Source of the DNA: a virus
Lineage: Duplodnaviria; Caudoviricetes
Strand: one strand, 5' to 3'
Virus record (IMG/VR): IMGVR_UViG_3300017911_002256
Span: 1-39,983 of that record
DNA length: 39,983 nt
The notes below the pieces were generated by a model that saw only the letters and a program-made list of their open reading frames with translations, was not told the origin of the DNA and did not search any database. This document shows, piece after piece, positions 26,173-37,082 of the stretch (position 1 is its first letter; every line of letters begins with the position of its first letter). The translations under genes were made by a program, and so were the position numbers.

Positions 26173-26661
26173 ATGGGTGCAGCAGCAGTAGCCGCCGCAG
26201 GGATAGCAGGATTACAGCTATTTCAAGGCTCACAAAGTGCAGAGGGCGCTAGACAGAAAGCTAGATTTCAAGCTGATGTTTTAAAACAAAACGCCAAGAT
26301 AGCGGATATGCAAGCCGAAGATGTCTTACGTCGAGGTGAAGAAGCCGTCTTTGAAAAGAGATTGGAAGGTAAAAGAGTTATCGGAGCGCAAAGAGCAGCA
26401 CTAGCAGCGCAAGGAATTGAACTAGGTTCGGGAAGTGCCTTAGATATTCAAGGCGATACCGCAGCTCAAGCAGAGATTGACGCACTAACTATTCGTAACA
26501 ACGCTTTTAGAGAGGCGATGGGTTATCGAATGAGAGCGGGTCAACTTAGAACAGAAGCAAGAGGAACTAGATTATTCGGAAGCTTAACTGCTCAACAAAC
26601 ACTTTTAGGAAGTGGAGTTGCTGCGGCAGGAACTGCTTTCTCAATGGCTGGGAGATCGTAA
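26173..26661 (+). CDS. internal virion/ejection protein (T7 gp14-like)
   Basis: Ala/Gly-rich hydrophobic ends; QRAALAAQG.E..SGSALD motif. Confidence 0.75.
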   Translation: MGAAAVAAAGIAGLQLFQGSQSAEGARQKARFQADVLKQNAKIADMQAEDVLRRGEEAVFEKRLEGKRVIGAQRAALAAQGIELGSGSALDIQGDTAAQAEIDALTIRNNAFREAMGYRMRAGQLRTEARGTRLFGSLTAQQTLLGSGVAAAGTAFSMAGRS

Positions 26662-28352
26662 TGCCACGAGTCCCACGATTTGAGAGAACAGAAAGAACGA
26701 GAGCAATAACTACCTCTCAATTCCGAGATATAGACGCTGACTTCCAAGCCGGAGCGAGACTCACTGGTCAGGTTATTCAAGCGAGTAAGCAAGCAGCCGA
26801 TTACTTCCAAAGAGAAGAGCGTAAAGCCGATAACATGGCAGTAATGAGTGCCAAAGAAGAGCTTGATGGATTTCAATCCGAGTATTTACATAACGCTGAT
26901 ACTGGAGCGCTCAACAAAAGAGGTGAGGATAGCTTTGGTCTACCTGAAGATTATTCCACACAATTTGCAGCGAAGAGACAGGAAATAAGTAAACGCCTCA
27001 ATGAAAGACAACAAGAACAGTTTAACTTATACGCTCAAACTGCAAGTAGAAGAGGAAACGAAACTCTTCAAAAACATATATCAAGAGAGACTAACGCTTT
27101 TAACGAAGGTCGATTAAAAGCAAGAGTAGCAGGACTTCAACAAAGAGTCCTGGACAATGCCTACGACCCGAAAGCCATAGCTGATAATTTAAAAGAACAA
27201 AATGTCGCTATCTTTCAACTTGCTGATGCTAACGGGTTGAGTGATGAGGAAACAACCCAATTAATAAATGAAGCTAACTCCAAGACTCATCGAGGAATAT
27301 TAAACAGCTATCTAACAAGAGGTGAAGACCTCTTAGCTAAAGAATATTACAACAAAATAGCTAAAGATATGAACGCAAGTGATCGCCTATTAGTTGAAAA
27401 GGCAATCGAGCAAACATCTACACTTTCAGAGGGTCAAAGACAAACTGACCGAATAATGGATAGTGGTTTAACTCTAGAAGAATCATTAGAGAAAGCTAGA
27501 GATCTAAAGGATCCAAAGCTTCGAGACATGGTAGTTAAAAGAGTTAAGACTAGATTCTCTGAAGCTAAAGAAATTAAACGTCTACAGGAAGAGGATCTCT
27601 ACTTAGACATCTACAACGATATAGTGGATGGGGATGGGATCGAGACAGTTAACAAAGAAAAGTTAGCACTACTCCCACCTAGCAAACAAAAGTCATTAAT
27701 GGATGCTGCCTACGCTCCAAGGAAAACAAGTAACCTTTCTAAGTTTCAAGACTACGAGGTTATGGCTGCTGATCCTGAGCAAAGAGATAAGTTTCTAATG
27801 ATCGACGCTTCAGTTTTCGCTAAAGACTTGAAAGCAGCAGACGTTCAAAAGATGATTAAGAAACAAACAGATATCAGAAACGGTAATGTTGATGAGTTTG
27901 AAGCGACTGGGATTACTACTAAATCTCAAATGGTAACCTCAGCTCTAGATTCAATAGGGTTAAGTAAAGAAGCTAAGAGAAAAGCCAAGCCTCAATTTCA
28001 ACAATACGTTGATAACGAAGTCATTAGATGGTCAGAGCTTAACAAGCGACCGGGTAAAGACATCCCAAGACAAGAGCTACAAAAGATAATTGATAAAGGT
28101 ATGATCGAAGGTGAAGTCGATGGGTCGGGATTCTTCCTCGATACCGAGAAAAGATTCTTCCAACTAAGCCCTGAAGAGATACCTGATTTCGCAGCGAATG
28201 AAACTGAGAAAGAAAAGCTAATAAAAGAAGCTAAACATTTTGCCGTTATTAGGGCAAGAGTTGAGCAAAGGCTTATCGCTCTAGGTGTTAGCTATACAGA
28301 GCAGGATTTAAACGACGCTACTTCAGAGTCAATAAGGAGGAACGCTAAGTGA
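26661..28352 (+). CDS. internal virion/ejection protein (gp15-like)
   Basis: MPRVPR start; long helical protein between the gp14-like and gp16-like genes. Confidence 0.65.
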   Translation: MPRVPRFERTERTRAITTSQFRDIDADFQAGARLTGQVIQASKQAADYFQREERKADNMAVMSAKEELDGFQSEYLHNADTGALNKRGEDSFGLPEDYSTQFAAKRQEISKRLNERQQEQFNLYAQTASRRGNETLQKHISRETNAFNEGRLKARVAGLQQRVLDNAYDPKAIADNLKEQNVAIFQLADANGLSDEETTQLINEANSKTHRGILNSYLTRGEDLLAKEYYNKIAKDMNASDRLLVEKAIEQTSTLSEGQRQTDRIMDSGLTLEESLEKARDLKDPKLRDMVVKRVKTRFSEAKEIKRLQEEDLYLDIYNDIVDGDGIETVNKEKLALLPPSKQKSLMDAAYAPRKTSNLSKFQDYEVMAADPEQRDKFLMIDASVFAKDLKAADVQKMIKKQTDIRNGNVDEFEATGITTKSQMVTSALDSIGLSKEAKRKAKPQFQQYVDNEVIRWSELNKRPGKDIPRQELQKIIDKGMIEGEVDGSGFFLDTEKRFFQLSPEEIPDFAANETEKEKLIKEAKHFAVIRARVEQRLIALGVSYTEQDLNDATSESIRRNAK

Positions 28353-31300
28353 ATCAATTCGACTCAGATATAGATAAGTTTATTGAAAGCAAACCCCCAG
28401 AAGTTAAAAAACATGACCCTATTGATGATGCAATTAAAGCAGTCATGAGCAATAAAAAGTCAATGTTTAAACTTAACGAGAAGAAAGCAGAACCTGAGCA
28501 ACCTGATCAATATAGCCAATACTACAAAGTGGCTAAAAGAGAGCGCATACCAGTTGAAATGGTAAAGCGTAATTGGGACTTCTACGGAAAGAAGCGGGTC
28601 GAGTATGGCAAGTTGGTTGACGAGTTCCCCAAGACTGCTCGATTCCTCAATGATCCTGAGAAACTAAAACTATTTAAAGATGACGTTGATACTTTCAACA
28701 ACCTTGAAGGACTAACCTCACAGCCTAAAGGGTTAAAGGAAGGTTTAGCGGGTGGCGTTGAGCAAGGATTCCAGAACTTGGAATCTAGCTACATTGCTAC
28801 CGGGATAATAATGGGAGCAATCGACCCTGATGTTGGGGCTGATTTATTAGCTGAAAACAATAAACGATTACAAGAAATAGAATTAAACAAACCTACCTTC
28901 TTAAAAGAATTCGATAAGAAAATTGCTGTAGAAGGTGAAGAGGTTAACGCCGCCGCCTCTCAGTTCATGCAAGGTTTTACCGATATTAAAAAAGATAAGA
29001 CCCTTGAAGGTCTTAAGAATATATCTGTCGGTGGGATTAAAACCTTAGCGGAAGGCGCAGACTTTGTTGGAGAGTATCTTTTTAATCCTAGAGCCACAGC
29101 AGTTGGTATCACTCAAAACTTAGCAAACGCTTTACCTTCATTAATTGGAGCGGGGGCTGGAGCTGGGATCGGTACAGCAACACCACTTCCAGGTGGTGCT
29201 ATCATAGGAGCTACAGCCGGAACCTTTACAGGTTCAGTGATGACCGAGTTTGGTTCTCAGATTGTTAGTGATCTACAAGAAAGTGGAGTCAACTTAGGGG
29301 ATAAAGTAGCAGTCTCTAAAGCTTTTAGAGATCCAGTGTTCCTTGAAAAAGCTAAATCAAGAGCGCTTAAAAAGGGTATCACTACCGCAGCCTTCGACGC
29401 TATGTTCACCGCACTTTCAGGTGGGTTCTTAAAAGGATTGAAGGGAGCAAAGTTTACAACTAAAGCGAAAGCAATTGGTAAGGAACTAGGCGTCCAATCT
29501 TTGGGTGAAGTTGTTTCCGAGGCTGTTGGACAAGCGGCAAGAGAAGGCGACATTGCTAAAGTCGATGTAGCTGAATCTTTGCAAGAAGGTATCCTAAGTT
29601 TTGGGCAATCGGCAGGGGATGTCGTTATCGGCGCTGGAGCTAAGAACGTAAAACTTAGCAAGAATAACCTAGTAAATCTCAAAGAAGGTTTTACCTCAAT
29701 CAAAGAGAGCATCAAGACATTAGAATTTGGTGCAACGATGAGAAAAGCTCAAGAAATGCTCAAAGGTTCTAAGTCATTAGAGCGAGCGCCTGAGATAGTA
29801 GCTCAACATATTGATAATATAACCGATGCTAGCAAGGTTTACTTTCAATCCGATGATTGGGAAGGATTATTCCCTGATAACCCAATAGAAAAAGCTGATG
29901 AGTTATTACCCGGTGGGCGAGAGCAATATCTAGAGTCTAAAGAGACAGGCGTTCCGATGGAAGTTAAGTCCGGCGAATACCTGACTAATATGGCTCAAAA
30001 GGATGAAACGGTTTCAAGTATTATGCGCCAAGAGCCTGACGGGTTGACCGAGTCAGAGGCAAGATTAGCACTTGAAGACGTTGAGAATAAAATAAACGAA
30101 GTAGCTAAAGAAGCTGAAACACAACTTGAAACTGAAAAGAAGAATCAAGAAAGCTTCGAAGCGGTACAAGAAAATGTAGCAAAACAATTTAAAGATTTAG
30201 GCTTTAACCAAAGCACAACTGATGCCTATGTTGCTGCAATGGAGCCAATGAGGGTAATGGCTGAGAGATCAGGTATTGACCCTAAAACACTATTTGATAG
30301 GTATAACTTAAAAATACAAGAGAAGGTTGAAGACGGTCAAAAGATTGTCACCTACAACCAAAAAGAAAAAGGTCGAATAAAGATATCCCCTAAACGTGAT
30401 ATCACTATCGAACTATTTAGAGACGCAGATAAGTCCACATTTCTCCATGAATCTGGTCACTTATTCTTAGAAGTTTTCAAAGATCTAGCGAGTGATATTA
30501 ACGCTCCAAAAGATGTCGTTGAAGATTTTAACACTATACTTCAAGAGTTAGGTGTAACTAGAGGTGAGGACATCAAGACAGAGCAACATGAAAAGTTTGC
30601 TCGGATGTACGAGTCATATTTAGCTGAAGGTAAAGCACCTAGCACTAGATTACAAAAAGCCTTTAGAAAGTTTAGAGTTTTCATGACTGCACTTTACGGG
30701 AAACTACTTAAGCAGAAAGTTAAGCTTAAGCCCGAGATAAGAGAAGTCATGGATAGAATGTTCGCAACTCAAGAAGAAATTAATGAGTTGATGGAAGAAC
30801 AGTTCATCGCCGCTGATGATGTCGAACAATACATCGATGCTTTAGGATTGAATGAGAAAGATACAAAGAAACTCCTAGACGCTCACCGAGAAGCGAGACA
30901 TCAGGTAGAAGAGGAACTCATATCCAAAGAGGTTAAGTTCCTCAACAAGGTGGAGAATAAGAAATTCAAAGCTGCGGAAAAAGAAATAAGAGAACAAGTA
31001 ACAGTTGAGGCTAATGAGATTAGAGTCTACAAAGGATTTGACACGCTCAAAGCTCAAGGCAAAGTAAATACTAAAGAGTTAAGGTCAATCATAGGAGAGG
31101 ATAAATACAAGGCACTCCCTAAAGGGATAACAAGCCCTAAAGGTATGCCAGTAGCTATGGCTCAAGATATGGTTGGCTACAACTCGATTACTGAGTTTGT
31201 GGATGAGCTTATAAACTCTCCTAGTAAGCAACAATTCATTGAAGCTCATACAAGGGTAAGGGTAAGAGAGCGATTAGGGTTTGAAAAACCTTACGAAGCT

Positions 31301-34078
31301 AAAAGAGCTGAAGCCCAAGAAGTAGTTAGTGAAAAGATATCGAACTACAAGAAACTTGAACTTGATATGATGCTAAAGAACGCTAAGCCTGAAATAAAGA
31401 AGGCTATCGAGCGAGTAGCGAGAAGACTACCTAAAGATAAAGAGATAGCAGCTAGAGCTAAAACTAGAGTAGCTAACACTCTTATGAAAAACCTAAAGCC
31501 TAGTGTCTTTTCAAAAATGGAAAACAAGGCAAGAAAGCAAGCGATAAGTAGCCTACTTAAAGGAGACTTTGAAGCAGCTTATGAGGCTAAGTACAGAGAG
31601 CGAGTTAACCATGAAATGTATAAGGAAGCTCGAAAGCTTGAAGTAGAGTTCAACAAGTTTGAACGTAAATACAAAAAACTATTTAGCCGAAAAGAAGAAT
31701 CATTAGCAAAGAACTATGAACTCAACTACATCAACCTCGCCCGAGGGATCTTGAACGACTTCGGCATAATCCCGATGAGTGAGAGACGAGAAGCTAGAGT
31801 AAATGAGTATATGAATACTCTACGTAAAGCTGATCCAGTAGGGTTTGAGAGGGTAGAGGCGGTTAACGATTTACTCTCCGGTATAGCAGCGAGAGAGAAG
31901 AAAGAACTCTCTCTAAGTGAATACGAGGAAATAGTTGAAACTGTTAACGCTATTACAGAAGTAGCGAGAGATGAGAAGAAAGTAGACACTGTTAAAGGTC
32001 GGAAGGATCGAGAAGAAGTTATAAATGAATTCCTAAAAAGATCATCTAAGATTAAGAAGGCGGATATCACCGATGTTCGATCTAAGTGGAATAAAGCTAA
32101 ACAATTAATGCTTGATAGTGCTGCCTCTTTAACAAGGGTGGAGCATTTCATAAACCTCTTAGATGATGGGGATATAAATGGACCCCTTCGAACTGCGGTA
32201 TTTGATCCATTAAAAGACGCTCAAGTTAACTATGATGAATCTCGGTTGGAGAGCATAAAAGAGATTAGCGACATAATAAGAGAGGATTTCAAAGGTGTAT
32301 TTGAAAACAAGACAGAGATTTTACTAGATAACTACTTCCCTAATCAAAGAGGGGAGAAAGTACGGCAGCAAGAAATACTTGTAATGCTACTGAACTCTGG
32401 AAACCAGTCAAACCTAGAGAAGTTATTAGTAGGTAGAGGATGGGGTGACTTAGATGTTGAGGGTAACTTAGATACAACTAAATACGATGCCTTTATTAAT
32501 CGAATGGTTGATCAAGGTATGATCAATAAGGAAATGCTTGAAGGGGTTCAGAAGATCTGGGATCTCTATGAAACCAAGAAACCGGAAATCCAGAAAACTT
32601 ATAAAGCTATAACTGGTAGGTTCATGGGAGAGATTGAGGCTCAAGCTTTTAAAGTACCAGCTCTCGATGTAACACTTAAAGGTGGGTATTATCCTGCCAT
32701 CACCGATGGGGTTAGAGTAGCGGAAGCCGCTAAGCGAGAGAATGAAACTGCATTTGAAATGAATAAAATGCAGTTTACTTACGCCGCAGTACCTAAGGGT
32801 ATGACCAAGGAAAGGGTAGCTAATTATAGAAAAGCATTAAGCCTAGATTTTCTTAATGTTAAATCGACACTTGACTCAAGTATTAGACTTATAACACTTG
32901 GAGAGGCTGTCCATAATGCTCAGAAGATTTTAAAGAATCAACAATTTAGAGATCAAGTCCATAGTATTATCCCTAACTCTCCAGACATTGTTTTCGATGG
33001 ATGGTTAGCAAGGATGAGTTACCAACGAACAATGGAGCCAGCTAAAACGGAAAGTGGTCGGTTTTGGTCTAAGATAGCTTTAGTGTTAAATCAAAGTGCC
33101 TCTGTACAAATCATGTCAGGTAATACACTTAACACGATTGAACAATTAACTGAGATTGTTAAGTATGTTCCCGAGTTTGGTGGGTACAAAAATGCGGGTA
33201 AAAGTCTAATGACCTCCTATAAATCAGCACTTAGCCGACCTATAGAATTCATCAACCAAGTTAAAGAAATGTCACCTTTCATGAAAGAGCGACTAGAGAA
33301 CACTCAAAGAAAGGTGATGGATGACTACACCGACCTAACTATACCTAAGTCTGAAGTAGGGAGAGTACTTAAATCAGTGACGGAACCTATAAAACAACAT
33401 GCCTTCTTTATGCAACAGATGGCGACTTACGCTACCGAGCCAGTTCTTTGGAAAGCAAAGTTCAATGAAGGACTCTCAAAAGGTATGACCGATGCTGATG
33501 CTACCAGATTAGCAGATTCCATGATCAGCAGAATAGGTGGAGGTATTTCACCTTTGACAGTATCAGCTAAGGAATCAGGACCAACCCTACAAAAATTGTT
33601 GATGCCTTTTACGAGCTTTTTCATTAATGGGATGAACCAAGTTATCTACGCTAAAGACAAGCCGATGACATATTTCTACACCGTAGCTCTAACCTCAATA
33701 ACAGGAAACCTTTTAAGAGTAGCTTTTAAAGGCTCATTCGATGAAGAGGATGATGGATACGTTGATGATGCTTTTGACACATTAGCTCTTAGTCAAATCA
33801 GATTCTTGGCGGCTGGGTTTCCTATAGCGAGTCAGGCTCTAAGATTAACAGAAGGCTTTGCCTCTGATCAGTATTGGGATGACCGAGTGAGGTTGTCACC
33901 TTTAGTCGGATCAATTGAAGCAGGTAAAGGTTTTTACAACATCTTTAATAAACCACTTGAAGGCAAAGAGATCACTAAAAGAGATGTACGGGAAGCGTCA
34001 ACATTCCTAGGAACCTTAACAGGAATACCGTTAGCAAGACCGACAAGATTTATTCAAGAGAGATTGGACGAAGAATGA
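28349..34078 (+). CDS. large internal virion/ejection protein (gp16-like, 1909 aa)
   Basis: Gly/Ala-rich membrane-like segment (GAGAGAGIGT...); DKSTFLHESGH...HEKFAR..E.YL.EGKAPS zincin-like motif; C-terminal hydrophobic helices; GTG start. Confidence 0.8.
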   Translation: MNQFDSDIDKFIESKPPEVKKHDPIDDAIKAVMSNKKSMFKLNEKKAEPEQPDQYSQYYKVAKRERIPVEMVKRNWDFYGKKRVEYGKLVDEFPKTARFLNDPEKLKLFKDDVDTFNNLEGLTSQPKGLKEGLAGGVEQGFQNLESSYIATGIIMGAIDPDVGADLLAENNKRLQEIELNKPTFLKEFDKKIAVEGEEVNAAASQFMQGFTDIKKDKTLEGLKNISVGGIKTLAEGADFVGEYLFNPRATAVGITQNLANALPSLIGAGAGAGIGTATPLPGGAIIGATAGTFTGSVMTEFGSQIVSDLQESGVNLGDKVAVSKAFRDPVFLEKAKSRALKKGITTAAFDAMFTALSGGFLKGLKGAKFTTKAKAIGKELGVQSLGEVVSEAVGQAAREGDIAKVDVAESLQEGILSFGQSAGDVVIGAGAKNVKLSKNNLVNLKEGFTSIKESIKTLEFGATMRKAQEMLKGSKSLERAPEIVAQHIDNITDASKVYFQSDDWEGLFPDNPIEKADELLPGGREQYLESKETGVPMEVKSGEYLTNMAQKDETVSSIMRQEPDGLTESEARLALEDVENKINEVAKEAETQLETEKKNQESFEAVQENVAKQFKDLGFNQSTTDAYVAAMEPMRVMAERSGIDPKTLFDRYNLKIQEKVEDGQKIVTYNQKEKGRIKISPKRDITIELFRDADKSTFLHESGHLFLEVFKDLASDINAPKDVVEDFNTILQELGVTRGEDIKTEQHEKFARMYESYLAEGKAPSTRLQKAFRKFRVFMTALYGKLLKQKVKLKPEIREVMDRMFATQEEINELMEEQFIAADDVEQYIDALGLNEKDTKKLLDAHREARHQVEEELISKEVKFLNKVENKKFKAAEKEIREQVTVEANEIRVYKGFDTLKAQGKVNTKELRSIIGEDKYKALPKGITSPKGMPVAMAQDMVGYNSITEFVDELINSPSKQQFIEAHTRVRVRERLGFEKPYEAKRAEAQEVVSEKISNYKKLELDMMLKNAKPEIKKAIERVARRLPKDKEIAARAKTRVANTLMKNLKPSVFSKMENKARKQAISSLLKGDFEAAYEAKYRERVNHEMYKEARKLEVEFNKFERKYKKLFSRKEESLAKNYELNYINLARGILNDFGIIPMSERREARVNEYMNTLRKADPVGFERVEAVNDLLSGIAAREKKELSLSEYEEIVETVNAITEVARDEKKVDTVKGRKDREEVINEFLKRSSKIKKADITDVRSKWNKAKQLMLDSAASLTRVEHFINLLDDGDINGPLRTAVFDPLKDAQVNYDESRLESIKEISDIIREDFKGVFENKTEILLDNYFPNQRGEKVRQQEILVMLLNSGNQSNLEKLLVGRGWGDLDVEGNLDTTKYDAFINRMVDQGMINKEMLEGVQKIWDLYETKKPEIQKTYKAITGRFMGEIEAQAFKVPALDVTLKGGYYPAITDGVRVAEAAKRENETAFEMNKMQFTYAAVPKGMTKERVANYRKALSLDFLNVKSTLDSSIRLITLGEAVHNAQKILKNQQFRDQVHSIIPNSPDIVFDGWLARMSYQRTMEPAKTESGRFWSKIALVLNQSASVQIMSGNTLNTIEQLTEIVKYVPEFGGYKNAGKSLMTSYKSALSRPIEFINQVKEMSPFMKERLENTQRKVMDDYTDLTIPKSEVGRVLKSVTEPIKQHAFFMQQMATYATEPVLWKAKFNEGLSKGMTDADATRLADSMISRIGGGISPLTVSAKESGPTLQKLLMPFTSFFINGMNQVIYAKDKPMTYFYTVALTSITGNLLRVAFKGSFDEEDDGYVDDAFDTLALSQIRFLAAGFPIASQALRLTEGFASDQYWDDRVRLSPLVGSIEAGKGFYNIFNKPLEGKEITKRDVREASTFLGTLTGIPLARPTRFIQERLDEE

Positions 34079-34116
34079 GATTTTTAAGACACTATAATAG
34101 ATTGGAGAAATAAACG

Positions 34117-36084
34117 ATGACGATTTCTAGCACAACAAATAGAAATACGTATACCGGAAACGGAGCGGTAGATACTTACAGTTATACCTTCCGAATCTTT
34201 TCAAATACGGATTTACTAGTAACGGTAAAAGATACGAGTAACGTAGAAACTACCCTAAGTCTCACTACTGACTACACTGTAACAGGTGTTGGGGAAGGAT
34301 CTGGGGGGACTGTAGTTCTCGTCGATTCAGGTCAGGCTTGGCTAGACGGTGACGGAGATCTTCTTACCGATTATGTTTTAACAATACGACGGGTAAGACC
34401 CCTTACTCAGACAACAGATATCAGAAACCAAGGTGACTTCTTCCCTGAAACACACGAAGATGCGTTTGATCATGGAGTCATGATCGGACAGCAACAACAA
34501 GATGAGATTGACCGATCAATCAAACTATCTGAGACAACAGACCCAGCGGATTTTGACGGGGAGTTACCAGCGGCAATAGTTGGGAGTCTTTCAACATCGA
34601 TAGTTACAAATGCAACAGGTGATGGGTTAGCCGTAGGACCAACAACAACAGAGATTAGTAATGCCCAAGGATACGCAAGCGCGGCGAGTGCTAGTGCAAG
34701 CGCAGCAAGTACAAGTGAAACTAATGCAGCAGCGAGCGCGGCAGCGGCAGCTAATTCCGCTGCTAGTGTTATATGGAACGATGTTGTATTTATTACTAAC
34801 GCCGATTCTCCATATACTATTACCAACTCCCAGCGAGGTAAGCTAATAGCTTGTGACTGTACAAGTGGAGCTATTACTTTAACTCTTCCAGAAATTAGTG
34901 GGTTAGACTTAGACGCGGCTTTCGTGGTTGGTATTAAGAAAACAGATAATAGCGGTAACGGACTAACAATAAATAGAAGTGGAACCGACACAATTGACGG
35001 TGCAACTTCTAAGAGTATTAACGTAGCCGATGCAGGTACAGCATTAATACCCGATACTGACCCAAGCCCAGATGAGTGGACAAGTGCAGACTTTGGAGCG
35101 ATCGCTGGTAACTTAACAGTTGATCAATTCAGCGGGGATGGTAGTACAACAGGATTCACTTTAAGCGTAGATCCAGGAACGGAAAATAATACTTGGATCT
35201 TTGTTGATGGCGTTTATCAGGAAAAACAAGCTTACAGTGTAAGCGGTACAACTTTAACATTTACCTCAGCACCTCCAACTGGTTCAAACAATATTGAAGT
35301 AATGATCGGAACTACTTTAACAGTAGGAACTCCAAGTGATGGGGCGGTAACAAGAGCAAAGTTAGCTACCGGAGCTGTAGCAGACTTAAATGTTTCAACT
35401 AAAACAACAACATATACAGCAACAGCAAGCGATAATTTACTTCTTTGTGATGCAAGCGGCGGAGCTTTTACAGTAACACTCCCTACAGCGGTAGGTATCA
35501 CAGGTAAAGCTATCACGATAAAGAAAACAGACGATTCAACTAACCTAGTTACAATCGATGGCGATGGTTCAGAAACTATTGAGAAAGAAGCTTCACTTTA
35601 TCTTAAAGGTGAAGGGCAACAATTCAAAGTCATCAGTGACGGTACTAATTGGGTTCTTGATGGGTTTGTGCCTTACCACTTAGAAGCTAGAAACACGAGC
35701 GCTACCGACATCTCCTCGGAGGCAGTATTAGTTTACGATGAGATAGCAGAAGATCTTTACGATGTTTATAATGAATCTACGGGGGATCTAACTATACCAA
35801 GCTCAGGTTACTATAGTATAAATGTTGATTTTCTTATTGATGAAGGATTTGCGGTAGGTAATAGAATTGTTATTACTTTAGACAACGGCGGCACTGACTT
35901 CTATAAAAATATAGTTGAGCTTCATGCAACGCCTGGAACAGATGTCCTTATAAACCCCTCTATTAGTTTAATAAAGTATTTTGAGGAAGCGGACGTTATC
36001 CGAGTCAAAGGTTTAGGTACCGGAAGTGATATTATTTTACCTAGCTCAACCTACAATAAACTCTTCGTACAAAGGATAGCTTAG
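34117..36084 (+). CDS. tail fibre protein (T7 gp17-like N-terminal anchor)
   Basis: MTISST..R..YTGNG....Y.F.IF...DL.V...; Ala/Ser coiled coil; two T4 gp34-like repeats. Confidence 0.85.
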   Translation: MTISSTTNRNTYTGNGAVDTYSYTFRIFSNTDLLVTVKDTSNVETTLSLTTDYTVTGVGEGSGGTVVLVDSGQAWLDGDGDLLTDYVLTIRRVRPLTQTTDIRNQGDFFPETHEDAFDHGVMIGQQQQDEIDRSIKLSETTDPADFDGELPAAIVGSLSTSIVTNATGDGLAVGPTTTEISNAQGYASAASASASAASTSETNAAASAAAAANSAASVIWNDVVFITNADSPYTITNSQRGKLIACDCTSGAITLTLPEISGLDLDAAFVVGIKKTDNSGNGLTINRSGTDTIDGATSKSINVADAGTALIPDTDPSPDEWTSADFGAIAGNLTVDQFSGDGSTTGFTLSVDPGTENNTWIFVDGVYQEKQAYSVSGTTLTFTSAPPTGSNNIEVMIGTTLTVGTPSDGAVTRAKLATGAVADLNVSTKTTTYTATASDNLLLCDASGGAFTVTLPTAVGITGKAITIKKTDDSTNLVTIDGDGSETIEKEASLYLKGEGQQFKVISDGTNWVLDGFVPYHLEARNTSATDISSEAVLVYDEIAEDLYDVYNESTGDLTIPSSGYYSINVDFLIDEGFAVGNRIVITLDNGGTDFYKNIVELHATPGTDVLINPSISLIKYFEEADVIRVKGLGTGSDIILPSSTYNKLFVQRIA

Positions 36085-36085
36085 T

Positions 36086-36808
36086 ATGACAACATATAGT
36101 AACGCCGCAATTCATAAGCGAGCGATAACAACAAAGACAACAACGTACACCGCTACACTAATTGACGATATCATTTTATGTGACGCTACAAGTTCAGGGT
36201 TTACAGTAACTCTCCCGGCAGCAAGCGGGCTAACAGGTAAACAACTCATCGTTAAGAAAACAGACAGTAGTGTTAACACTGTTATAGTTGATGGGGATAG
36301 CTCAGAGACTATAGATGGGGATACGACCAAAACACTATTCAGCCAATATGATTACATAACTATTGTAAGCGATGGTAGTAACTGGGTTGTAGTCGATAAT
36401 GGAATTAAGAGTAGGTATCAAAGAAGAATTCTTAGTGGTGACGTCACCGCTGATGATACGGACATTACAGATTTGAAGTATACCAATCTAGTGATTGGAA
36501 GAAGATATAAAGTCACTTTAAGACCTCATGTTACATTAGGTACAAGCACCAATGGGTATTTTGTGGCTTTACATGACAGCAGTAGAGTTGCGAGAGTAAG
36601 TTTTTCGACAGATTCAAGTGTGTCAGGTTCTTATGCAGTAACGGGGTATGCCTCTGATTACTTTGTGGCGACAACAACTGAACTTATAATGAGATTTGAA
36701 GAGGTGTCGGGGAATATAAACTTATTAGGTGATGGTTCTTTGATAGAGACTTTTGTGTATCTTGAAGACGTCACAGACAAAAACGTCGAAACAACAGAAT
36801 TAGATTAA
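36086..36808 (+). CDS. secondary tail fibre/spike protein
   Basis: The N-terminal ~100 aa are a paralogue of the repeat in the upstream fibre. Confidence 0.7.
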   Translation: MTTYSNAAIHKRAITTKTTTYTATLIDDIILCDATSSGFTVTLPAASGLTGKQLIVKKTDSSVNTVIVDGDSSETIDGDTTKTLFSQYDYITIVSDGSNWVVVDNGIKSRYQRRILSGDVTADDTDITDLKYTNLVIGRRYKVTLRPHVTLGTSTNGYFVALHDSSRVARVSFSTDSSVSGSYAVTGYASDYFVATTTELIMRFEEVSGNINLLGDGSLIETFVYLEDVTDKNVETTELD

Positions 36809-36820
36809 GGAGAATAAAAT

Positions 36821-37072
36821 ATGTCACAATTAAACAACATCACCCCAGCGGTAAAACCAGTCAATGTTACTCCTCACGATACTAACTACATCGTGGATGA
36901 GATCCCATGTAAAGGTATTCTTTTAGGAGTTGCAGGGGATATCGCAATTAAAGATGTTAACGGTACAACAGTAGTAGTTAGCGGATTAGCTGCTGGAGTA
37001 ATTCATCCAATCAGCACAAATAGAATCCTTTCGACTTCTACAACTGCGACAGATATCTGCGCATTCTTCTAA
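36821..37072 (+). CDS. small virion protein (head-spike base-like)
   Basis: VTPHD......KGILLGVAGDIA....G..V......AG.IHPI...RI..T.TTA.DI pattern resembles GTA/phage spike-base proteins; AAGGAG RBS. Confidence 0.6.
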   Translation: MSQLNNITPAVKPVNVTPHDTNYIVDEIPCKGILLGVAGDIAIKDVNGTTVVVSGLAAGVIHPISTNRILSTSTTATDICAFF

Positions 37073-37082
37073 GGACTCGACT

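Noticed and set aside
29257-35516. Antisense ORFs (29257, 30875, 31345, 31726, 33427, 34470, 35232) and similar shadow ORFs elsewhere
   Set aside because: They lie wholly opposite or within well-supported genes and have no motifs or RBS.
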